NCBI RefSeq assembly: GCF_009914755.1 | Contig: NC_060935.1 | Strand: one strand, 5' to 3' | From: the human T2T-CHM13v2.0 reference genome, Homo sapiens | Length of the DNA: 64,000 nt | In this document: piece after piece, positions 52,426-64,000 of the stretch | Position numbering within the stretch: position 1 is the stretch's first letter | How the letters are laid out: every line of letters starts with the position of its first letter | Made by a program: the position numbers and the translations under genes | The notes under the pieces: model-generated | What the model saw: the letters and a program-made list of their open reading frames with translations, nothing else | What the model was told of the DNA's origin: nothing | The model's database searches: none

Positions 52426-55112
52426 GGAGATGAACATGGTTGTGCTGATAATATTTATACATCATTGTCTTCTTGAGCCAGTGATTCAAAACTGTTGGAA
52501 TTACACCGCCAATGGATAGTCTTGAGCATGATTACGGGACAGACAAGGCTTTCTGTCCAAACCCCAACAACCAGAAAATTAACTTTATTTAAATTTGTAT
52601 TTAATTCCTTAACTCACTTCTGCCTGGAAGAGTTTAATAACGTACTTGCCTTGTGCACTGCGGCATCCTCTTTAGTCCTAGGTTTCTAACAAAAAGCGTT
52701 CCTTGGAGCTTGTAAATTGGTAAACCACATCTATTTTTTTGAAGTAATCAAGATATAATTTGTGGAAAGAGTAGCAAAGATAGTATTAAATATGACTAAA
52801 ATGACTTAAGAAGAGGCCTGAAGGCAAAGAGGGAAAAATTACTTGATAGAACACTTATCTTCCAATTTTGAGTTGAAAGTCCTTATGTTCAAGGAAGAGA
52901 AACTCGAGGTCAACTGAAAACACACTGAATGTTGCTCAAGTCCACCACAGATCTTCTTGGTAGGGGTATCAAAGATTTCACAGTGACAGCCCCCATTACA
53001 GTTATTTTTTTTCCATGATGAAATTAAAACATTATTTATTACAAAAAACATCTTACAAAATCACTTACAGTCCTCCGACCCAAAGAAAATCACCATCAGC
53101 CTATTAGTGTATATCCCAGAACTTCTCTGCAGATATTGATTTTTCTTTACAAGATCTGGATCATGTTATATATATTGTTTTACTGTGACTATTTTTAGCT
53201 TGAGAGTCCTCAGTTTATATCCCTGAAAACACCAACTGTCTACTGCCCCATAGGTCTAAAAGCTAAAGTAACATGACTTGAATTACAACCAGAGAGAATA
53301 AATTTATTCTCTCAATTTTATAAATATCTCACACTGCAAAATCTGAGATCATAACCACATCATCTACAATTCAAAAATCAAAAGACTGGATTTAAATCTG
53401 CCTTAAAGTATAACCAAAGAGCCCATTTTTTTTGTTTCTTCAGATTTAATCATTCTTTCTTGCATCAAAAATAACAAAATTGTAGGGTGACATTAACACA
53501 TGATCATGAAACAAAAATGTGTTTCATTTCATTAGTCACAGGCTACATATCAACCAGCTGTCGAAGCTAAAAATATGCCTTAATTTAAAATTTTGTAAAA
53601 CACAAGCATTTAAGACTCATTTTGAAAGAAATGTGACTTCTTTCTGTTTCAACCCACTAGAAGCTTTAGAGAAGAACAAATAAGCACCTCTAAACCAAAA
53701 GAGAAAAAGGTAATAGCGGGGGAATTCAAGCCAATTTATCCATCATCAATATCACATTGTTTACATCTTATAAACAAGCATATGTTAAGGATAACAATTT
53801 AATACCACTCCAGATGTAAACAAAACTACACATTCTCAAAGGAAATAGAAGGCCTGAAACAGAGGTTGAGATCCCAATAATAAAAGATGTGTATTTTGTC
53901 GGGGGAAGAGTGAGCTAAGGAGAGCTGGGTAGTAATAAATATTGTCACAGCTTTTCCTCATCAGCTGTAACAGAAACTTTGTCAGGGTTGCAGTCTTCAG
54001 TGACATCATCTCAACTCTCAAACACCAGCATCACACTCTTGGAGCGGGACACAGCACAGAGTAAGCCTCTAACAGTACTCATCTCTTCCAGGACAGAAGC
54101 AGCATGTAGACTTCCATCTCTGGTCATGAGGGCCCCGGCTCAGGACACATGTCTCAAGATAAACTGTGCTGCCATAAAATATTTGACAGGAAAATAGGTA
54201 ATGGGATAAGCTAAAATATAAACACTCCAGTTGGATTTCAGGTGTAGTTTCAGCAAATTGGAAAGGGAAGCAAAGAAATGTCAATGGTCTTAGAAATTCC
54301 CAGTCATTTAAAAGGAAAATACATTTCACTTGATTCCAGAAAAGAATCAGACTCTCCTAACTTCCAGTCAATGCTCTTGCCACTATCAAATAGCCAATCA
54401 TCAATATCCTCCCATGATATTTCCTTTATTGAAATAAGAACATGGAGGCCTGGGAGGAAACATCTGAAAGGGAAAAATTTCAAGTATTTTTCTGTCTTTT
54501 CATTTCCTCTTTTAGATATGCTCCAGTTAAATTTTAAAAAGTAGTTGTCCTCCAGAGCCACAGACTGTCTTAGTTTTTTGTCTCTCATATAGCCTTGCTA
54601 AATACATATTTGTTGATTGAATCTTTAAACTCACAAGAAAAAATTCATTGCACTGTAAAAATCTAAACTCACAGGTAAAAATTTTTGTTCATTCAATCAT
54701 TATAGATCATGGAAACATCAATTAATTTCTAAATGCCAACATAATGAATACTAAAAAAATTAACTTTAGAGAAGTATTTTGAACATTCTCCAATTAAATT
54801 CTTAGTAGACTCTAATCTAATTGCACTGTATATATTACAGCAATTTGAATCTGCTTGCCTTGATACCCGAGACTGATAACAATTAGTGAGGAAACAAATA
54901 GGGCAAGTTATTTTTTCCTCCAATAAGGACTTCCAAAAAGGGCAGGAGAAGGGATAAAATGAGAGAGAAAGGAAGAAAAAGAGAAGAAAGGAAAGCATGT
55001 CGGGGGAAATCCTGATCATTTTTATTTATTGTTAAACATAATATTTACTACTTAAAGTAAGTACCTGTCATATATAAACTAGAAATGGAAAGTAATTTTT
55101 TAAAAAAGTAAT

Positions 55113-55750
<638 letters not shown>

Positions 55751-56057
55751 AAAGCAATGCTCAGCTACTTAATGTCTATTTGGCCTTGTAACATCAAAGA
55801 ATGATTAGCTATCACACAAAAACAAGAAAGAGGTGGTATGAAAATAATATTGAAGAATCCTGAAACCAAGCCTTTTATCCTAGGGCTAATCTTTATCAAG
55901 TTATAATCTCTCTAGATCTCAGTTCTTTCATCCATAAAATAAAAAGATCACAGACTACATTTTAAGTTCCCTTCTAAATCTATGATTCTTTTTACTGGTT
56001 AAACTGGAAAAGCAGGGATAAAGAAGAATGAAATAAAGAATATTTTGAACTGATATA

Positions 56058-56929
56058 CAGTCAATTCTGTTCTAATACTAGTTTCAAAAATGCAAATTTT
56101 TTCCAACAAAGGGATATATTAGGGAACACTTTGAGCGTAATTTAATTTTTGCATTTGATTATGTCATTTAATTCACAGGAAACACTAGGTGAATGCAGAA
56201 AAGTACACTCAGTGGAACCAATCAGCATAGGAATACACATAGTGTATACATACACAAATATATCTACTGGCCTTCTCAGTTCACTGTGTTATAAGCCACA
56301 TCCACCCATTCACCTTTGCTATTATAACTTTTGTAAGATTTCAGATAATCCTTTTACTACTACAAGCTGCAATCCTTCCAATACCAGGCCACAAGCAAAC
56401 TTCAAGTCTTCTGCAAAGTAAACAGCCACATTTATTGTAGTATTTATGCACTTTTAACCATTTAACATATGTAAAATCATGCTACCATTTTTAATCTTTT
56501 TTTAATTTTTATTTTTTCAGAGAGAGGGTCCTGCTATGTTGTCCAGGCTGGAGTGTAGTGGCATGACTGTAGCTCACTGTAGCCTCAAACTCCTGGGCTC
56601 AAGCAGTCCTCTCACCTCAGCCTTTGAGTAGTTAGGACTACAGGCATGAGCCACCATACCTGGCTAATTTATTTTTTTTTTATTGTAGAGACGGAATCTC
56701 GCTATGTTGTCTCAAACTCCTAGCCTCAAGCTATCCTCCTGCCTCAGCCTCCCAAAGTGCTAGAATTATAGGCATGAGCCATCATGCATGGCTAATTTTT
56801 AATCTCTTTTTTAACTGACAAAGTTTTTTAAGTATTGTGTCCCTAACTCCGTTTTCCCAATAAGCTTTGTGGTTTTTACCACATATTAATTTTTCATAAC
56901 TTTATATCTTATTGTAGCAGAACTGACTA
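56058..56929. mobile_element. Tigger-family (Tigger8-like) DNA transposon split by an AluJ(-) (56495-56795)
   Basis: TIRs cagtcaattctgttctaat / attgtagcagaactgacta with TA flanks; internal gatatattagggaacactttgagc. Confidence 0.75.
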
Positions 56930-56989
56930 TATTACTGCTTAGGAAAAAAATCAATGACCAATCTATGTTTTCAAAGATAACAGATGGAG

Positions 56990-57265
56990 GACAGGCATGG
57001 TGGCTCATGTCTATAATCCCAGAGCTTTGAGAGGGCAAGATGGGAGGATTGCTTGAGACCACCCTGGGCAACACAGCAAGACTCTGTTTCTAGAAAAAAT
57101 AAAACTATTAACTGTGCATGGTGATGCATGCCTGTAGTCCTAGCTACTCAGGAGCTTGAAGTGGAAGGATCACTTGAACCCAGGAATTTGAGGTTACAGT
57201 GAGCTATGATGGCACCACTGCACTCCAGCCTGGGTGACAGAGCAAGATCCAGTCTCTTAAAAAAG
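56990..57265 (+). mobile_element. AluJ
   Basis: Degenerate Alu dimer. Confidence 0.85.
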
Positions 57266-58719
57266 AAAGAAAACAGGAAAACTTCCAGCAAGTCTGCTTA
57301 AGCATTAAATTAAAGTCAGAAAAAAGTCTTTTTCTGTAAGCTCTCTCCTGAAGAGCTGTTTTTTCCTCCAAGGTTTCATCCATTGACTAGGTAGCTCCTA
57401 AATCATATACTAGATTTGGAGCTGGAAGTGTATCATTCACCTTGAAATAGTGAACAAAAATGTGAATTTTTCAAGAACTAAAGAGGTGACACTGAATGTA
57501 TCTTCCAAATTTAGATCTTGATTCTGGCAGAAAATCTTGGCAATCTTGGCATGTACCCCTGTAAATGCTTCCTGTTCAATAATGAGATATTCAATAGCTA
57601 CTCAATACCCACCATGAAAAAATATGCAGCAAAAACATTATTTTTGCAATATAGTTATAATGGTACAGTACAAACCACAGAACCTTTACACTTATTCACT
57701 CCTAATTCTTGATTAGCCCAGAGGTAAAGAAAATAGTGAAATAAAAAAAGTCATACAACTTTCCTCGTTTCCATGCACAATAGAAACGGGACAGGCTGGA
57801 GCACTTAGCATTGAAGCCAAAGGCTGGCTAAAACCTGCCACCCAGAGCTAAAGGTCCATGCCTAATTTTCATGATTCTGCCACCACAGATAAGCAAAAAA
57901 ATCCTCGCATTCAAAGGGCTGGACACAGCTGCTACCCAGCAGACATAAATCACTTGTTTTTCCCTGCTTTTATCAGCCAGCATTTTGGTGACTCCTACTG
58001 GCATCCTGAAAAATCATCACCTTTCGGGTAAAGCTCATATAGAGTCATTTAATCAAATTTAACACTGTCTGACAGCAGAGAATATGGAAATATGATCTAA
58101 CTAAGACAACCAGTGATAAAAGCCTAAGAAATGTGCAAAAGGCCACTGTAGATTTTCTAGCCAGCTTTCTCTCAACATCATTACCACAATGACGATGAAT
58201 ATTCATTATCCACTGAGAAAGCATGTAAAAGTGAACTACTGGGTACATGACACCGTCCTAGACACTATGGTGAACACAAAAGAAACAAAGTGCAGTCATT
58301 CTCTTCATGGCATTCACATATTTGATGTGGAAAGATATGATATCAGAAATATTTAACTAAGACCAAGAAAATTAAATGGCTAAATGAACTGCACAGATAA
58401 ATACTGAAGACACTTAAAGGAAGGTCTGCTCAATATGGACTTAAATAGTTCACTTCAAAGAGGAAGATAATTTTGATAGTGTGAGAAGAGACACAAGGGT
58501 AGTTCAGGCATAGTCACCAATATAAGCGAAGTCACTGGGGTGGAAAACGCAATGATGAGTCTGGAGACACTGGAATAAAATTACAAGGATGGGAAACAAT
58601 AAAAAGAAGGAAGGGGAGAGATTGGGTTTCTTTACCTGGAATCTGTCTAATATACCATTATCAGATTAAGAACACTTGTGCAAGCATAAGAACATTGCAT
58701 TTTTGCTACAGAGAGATAT

Positions 58720-58890
58720 AATATCAAATATCATAATTCCAAAGTAGGTGCCATTTTACAGACAGAAACTGAAATTAAACAGAGAAGCTAACTAATTTGC
58801 CCAAGGTTATCAAGTTTAGCAACAGAGCTGAGGTTTGAATGCAGGCCTACTCAACTCCAAAGTCCACGCTCTTTTTTTTACTACTCCATT
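58720..58890 (-). mobile_element. MIR
   Basis: ccattttacagacagaaactga...aatttgcccaaggt...cagagctgaggtttgaatgcagg. Confidence 0.75.
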
Positions 58891-59984
58891 TTTACTACCT
58901 CTTCCTAAAGCAAAGCTCCGATAACATCACTCTGAATTCATACTGTCCCCCTATGACAGTGTATTTTCCCACCCTTTGACTGTCCAGCTTCTCTAGAATG
59001 ATGCCCTGCACTCAGGAGACTCATATCTGCAGATAAAATTAAAATGACCTGTAACAGTCTACCCTGCCCAAGGGTATTTCCATTGTAACAGGAATCAGAG
59101 CCTTAAATTAAAAGAATAAAGCTCTAATACAATCCATGTGGCAGAAACGCCTGTCTTACAAGGGAACAGCTCAAGGCTGTGTCTTTAAGTGTCCATTTTC
59201 ATAGCTTATAGTTACAGCTCATACAATAAGAATCTCACTCATAAACCCTGAGGGTCTCCATGGAACTCTAACCAGCCCCAATCTGGGAGACAAAAGACCA
59301 GATGTGGCTGCAGGTTTGCTTCAGAAGAGAATTGGAAGTCTTGCTATTTTACATTTTAAGCATATGACATAAGAAAATGTAAATTAAATATAGCTGACAT
59401 TTAAACTGTTACATATTTCTTTAACGGACAGGTTATCAGGTTATCAAAAAATGTGCTTTCTAATAATTCTAGACAACGATCTTACACTGTCTTTGTGACC
59501 CAAAAGGAGCATTATCTTTATTACTTCTTACCTTTTTCATTATCAAAGATTTCACAGGTATCAAATGTCAAAAGTGTCATCTTTCAAAGGAACTGAAGTA
59601 AAATTCGCATGGTATCTCAGAATGTGTAAAGACAAGTAGGGAGAAGATCATGGCCCTGACAGAGGCTGCTCCCTGGCATTCAGTATGGAAACAGTCTTTA
59701 CTGTTCATTTGTTAAAACCGGAATATACTAATAGCTAGGTCAAAGGTCCACCTGATAACTTGAAAGTTCCTCATTAAGGATTTTAATAGGCCAAGGAATG
59801 ATATGAGTTTCAGAATAATGGTTCAAACTTCTACCGTAAGAAAACTTTCAGCCTACCCAAAACCTTCAAAATTAAATTATACATTTTACATAGAAAATAA
59901 AGAGGTTAATTTGAAAATAAAAGTGATACTGTTTACTGTTTTTCAACAAAAGCTGTTATACCCCTCATCCTAAAAAATATCCGG

Positions 59985-60273
59985 TTTTTTTCTGAGACAG
60001 GGTCTCACTCTGTTGCCCAGGCTGGAGTGCAGTAGCGGAATCATGGCCTACTGCAGCCTTGAACTCCGAGGCTCAAGTGATCCTCCTGCCTCAGCCTTCT
60101 GAAAGGCTGGGATTACAGGCATAAGCCACCACACCTGGCTTATTTTTTAATTTTTTGTAGAAATGTGATCTTGCTATGTTGCCCAGGCTGGTCTCGAACT
60201 TCTGAATTCAAGCAATTATCCCGCCCGTCTCCCAAAGTGCTGGGATTACAGGTGTGAGCCACAGCACCCGGCC
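59985..60273 (-). mobile_element. AluJ, 116 nt downstream of the exon 13 donor
   Basis: Full-length reverse-complement Alu. Confidence 0.9.
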
Positions 60274-60389
60274 TTAAAAAAATTGCTTTCTAAGAAATTC
60301 TCATTTTATCAATGCTCTAATATACACACCAACAGACTTTTAGGCATAGAATTCTTTTCAGAGAAGCAAGAAGAGAATGTAGCCCTTAC

Positions 60390-60519
60390 ATATCTGGATG
60401 GCTCTTCTAGATTCTGGTCATTCATGTCAGTAGGAACAATCCGGGTGGCCAGAGGTCCTTCTGCAAAAGGTTTTGGTAACTGACCTCTGAACTCTGATGG
60501 AATGAACTGAAGCTGCCAA
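60390..60519 (-). CDS. ALG9: ALG9 coding exon (inferred exon 13)
   Basis: ttctccttgtgtttctgacag|TTGGCAG...TCCAGATAT|gtaagg; 130 nt; WQLQFIPSEFRGQLPKPFAEGPLATRIVPTDMNDQNLEEPSRY. Matches the core of ORF-track entry 60309..60590. Confidence 0.98.
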
Positions 60520-61692
60520 CTGTCAGAAACACAAGGAGAATAAGAAAAACACAGGGGGATAATATTGCTAAATGTACTTGAAACAAACAAGCCAGGAAAA
60601 TCATGTGAAAAACATTTCTCTTGAAGAAAAAATATTTCTGCTAAAACCTCAACCAGGGAGCACAGAGGCAGAGGTCACAAGTCAGTCCAAAATCATTGAG
60701 AAATTTATAATTAGATGTCTCTTGACCCATTTCACCAACTGTTAGCAGTGAAATTCACAACCAAATGGTCATATCATCAAAAAACCAGAGAAGTGCCAAT
60801 GCTTATTGTCAATTACTATGTGGGCAGAGAGACTTATCAAATAAAGCAAATTATCAGGTGTAGAGAAAAAGAATGAAATGTAATATATGGCACTGAGAAC
60901 ACACTATGGGAGAAATACTTTGTTCCGGAGTAACCCTCAAACATATCTTTATCTATAAAACTATTTCAAACGTAAAAGGCAAAGGCTAAAGTCAACACTT
61001 AAAAAACAAGTTTTAATTTAATCATTAATGACTGACACAGGGTCTTTATGAAGCATAAGAAACTACTACCCAGTAAAGCCAAGCTACTGAAGCCATTTCT
61101 CAAATGGAGCAACATGACTCATCTTAACCAGATTTCCCTTTAACCTACACAGGACTCTTCTCTGGCCAAATGAAGCAAACTACAAAGAACTTTAGGGCCT
61201 ATGCTCTCAGAACCACAGAAAGCATAAAGGAAACTGGTATAGACATTTTAACCACAGCCTTCCCCAGTGTCCACATAATGGTGGAGAACTTTCACTACTG
61301 TTGGGTCAAGAATGTCTTCTCTCTTCTAGCTGGAGTTTCTAGACCACTTTTAGAAGAGGATTAACATCAGATCATTATAGAAATGTAAATATGAATCCCC
61401 ACGAAGAGCCACTGGCAAAAGCCTAGGACCCAGGGCATTTTCAGAAGTCCCCAGACACCTGCAGTTATGGGCAGTGCAGAATGTCTACCTAGACCCAGCC
61501 CTCAGCCTAATAAGCCTAATGAACACAGGAGGCAGGTACACAGTACACAGGCCCCACAGCTCTCCGACGTGGTAGATAATTCAATAACTCTCTGTGAAAA
61601 CTCCAAAAGAAAACAAAAATTAGAAGACACTGATATAGAACTGCTCTATTTACTCCTTCATTTAAAACCCTAGGAATTAAAGGACAACTTAC

Positions 61693-61840
61693 TTGTCAGG
61701 AAGAAGGAAGCTGCTGGGAAATCGATACCACTCTTTTCCCACACAGACATTCACAGGTCTGCCTTCTGGGACAGTGTGGATGGTTGGGTCTGTAGCAATT
61801 CGGTAAAATTCTGGATACAAATCAAGGGGCCCGTGATATC
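61693..61840 (-). CDS. ALG9: ALG9 coding exon (inferred exon 12)
   Basis: ctaactgttctcccttccag|GATATCAC...CCTGACAA|gtaagt; 148 nt; (G)YHGPLDLYPEFYRIATDPTIHTVPEGRPVNVCVGKEWYRFPSSFLLPD(N). Contains the conserved CVGKEWYRFPSSF motif; phase fits both neighbours. Confidence 0.98.
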
Positions 61841-62473
61841 CTGGAAGGGAGAACAGTTAGTGAGAGCCAGAGATGAGTAAGATGAGATTCTCACTTTAAT
61901 TATACTGCTCATTAATGTCGCACTGTAAGCCACAGGAAATTTAAAAGGCAGGAAGGGCCATAGCCATTCCAGCATGAAGCCTGCTCTGCAGGTATAAAAT
62001 GTCTCTCTAGCTGGGAACACGGTTACAGCAGAGGCCCTATTCTGCAAAAAATAATTGGCTTTCTTGCCCCTCTCTATGCTCCTTCTTCTTTTTACCTTCA
62101 TTTTCCTTGAGCATATTTTTAATATTATGGATCCAAACAATGATTATAAGAAAGAATATAATCATGAAATGTTAGCCCAAATTTGCATTTTAAGTTTAAG
62201 GCTTCCTTAATTTATCAGCATCCATTAAAAGAAAAAAACAACAAAAATAGACAAAAAATGTACAGTTAATCACACTAAAAGGAATTCTCAATCTTCTCTT
62301 CAATCCTAAGATACAGAAGTCATATGCCACTCATTAATATTAAGTCTACAGGTTCTCTTTTTAGAAATGGCTTCTTAGTATAAGCCAAATATGTATTATA
62401 TAATCATGAATCAAGTAAAACCTAAGAGCAAGTGACTCGTCAGTGTAGGTTAAGATATTCTTAGAAGATCTAC

Positions 62474-62624
62474 CTCTGAACAGTGCCACAGAGCGAGAAA
62501 ATGACAAGAGCCCAAACAGGAAGACAGTTCCTAATGCCAGCCAATTCGATGTCACAGTATAGTGCTCCAGGCGATATCGTTGAAACACAAAGTGGTAACA
62601 TTTCTGGAAGTACAGAAAACTGTG
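62474..62624 (-). CDS. ALG9: ALG9 coding exon (inferred exon 11 of 15); long form 62624-62474 (HSFLYFQ+KCYHF...SVALFR-G), short form starts at 62603
   Basis: Minus strand: tattttcttttatcag|CACAGTTTTCTGTACTTCCAG|AAATGTTAC...TTCAGAG|gtagat. Translation KCYHFVFQRYRLEHYTVTSNWLALGTVFLFGLLSFSRSVALFR is recognised ALG9 sequence with a TM helix. 151/130 nt, phase 0 to phase 1. Confidence 0.96.
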
Positions 62625-63528
62625 CTGATAAAAGAAAATATAATTTGTAGAATATACATAATTACAAGACATCACAGTAACATCAAGAGCGAAGCCAAAA
62701 AAGAGGTTCTATTAGGGATCTGAGCATTTGCCAACAGTGAGGTACCTACTCCAAACTCTAAGATAAAAGCCAACTCCTCTAAGACTACCTGTAGTCTTGG
62801 CCAGGCAGAGGGCTTGCCAACAATAAAATCTCACTAGCTTCATAGGAAAATTATTTGAATATTTTGCTAGCATTTATAGTCCTAATAAGTTATTTTTTTT
62901 AAATATTTAAGCAATGCTTTTTTGGTAGTTTTGATATATAAAGTATTCCAATTTGTTTTTGATATAATGAGTACTAATCTTTACTATCAAAGTTTTTATC
63001 AAAGCTATTAGTATCAAAAAAAGGTCTCATGACCAAATAAGAAAAAAGAATTCCCCTTATAGAACACTAGGAACATGCTCTTAATTATATGCTGAATGAC
63101 TTTACAAACTAGATGAATATAATATAAACACACATGCATGAATTCTGCTGTCTTTGAGTACCTTCTACTCAGACTTCTTCCCTTCCTTCCTTCCCTTCTA
63201 GACAGAAACTACTTACAGAAAGCAATTTTCCAATATATAACAAATGGCATAAATCTGTTTGAACCTTTTTCATATTTTTTGGAATCTATCCTGAGGAATC
63301 AATCTAAATATCTAAATGAAGATATTTATCCTAGCATAATACTGAATAAATGAGCAACCTAAATTCTACCATGAATTATATCCAATAATTACATTATATA
63401 AAGTCAAGTCAATATATTACATATTACATAATAATGCTATATATTATATCCAACTCAGAACATTCTACAGCTACTAAAATGATAAGCACAGAGAATGTTA
63501 CAATATTAAATTAAAAGGGATATAAAGT

Positions 63529-63826
<298 letters not shown>

Positions 63827-64000
63827 GGGGGGGGGGATATAAAGTTACATGTATACTTATTATTACAACTATAACAAACCTTGGTATATGATATACAAAA
63901 ATGCTGGGAGGAGTTTTTGTTAGGTTAATGTGACTAATTTTTCTTTTACTACTTCCTAAATTATCTGCAATAAAGTTCAATTACTTTTATAATTAAAATT

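Noticed and set aside
54445-54530. Weak inverted repeat (catctgaaagggaaa / tttcctcttttagatatg)
   Set aside because: Low-complexity purine/pyrimidine pairing that could be chance.

Overview
Human (primate) genomic DNA, very Alu-dense. It holds the 3' part of ALG9 (ER Dol-P-Man-dependent alpha-1,2-mannosyltransferase) on the minus strand. Five coding exons splice in frame through canonical GT-AG sites: 62624/62603-62474, 61840-61693, 60519-60390, 33981-33851 and 10729-10606, ending ...IRKKSGG*. A 3'UTR follows, with proximal (10509) and distal (6418) AATAAA signals, then about 6 kb of downstream sequence. The two long introns (about 26 kb and 23 kb) are filled with Alu, L1M, L2, MIR, CR1/L3, MaLR LTR and DNA-transposon relics, plus an Alu-interrupted 28S rRNA retrocopy. 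Almost all entries in the ORF track are Alu/L1 artefacts. I found no convincing new multi-gene system. The best leads are: (i) an inverted-Alu-flanked, phase-0, stop-free block of exons 11-13, a circRNA/rolling-circle ORF candidate; (ii) a 28S retrocopy with a 7-nt deletion at the R2/I-PpoI site and missing GC-rich hairpins; (iii) an ancient CR1 RT relic beside a CTCF/MARE motif cluster; (iv) an unexplained 120-nt intronic hairpin; (v) a candidate downstream alternative exon; (vi) a 215-aa antisense ORF. Repeat boundaries are approximate. Subfamily calls and consensus comparisons come from recalled consensus sequences, not a database search.
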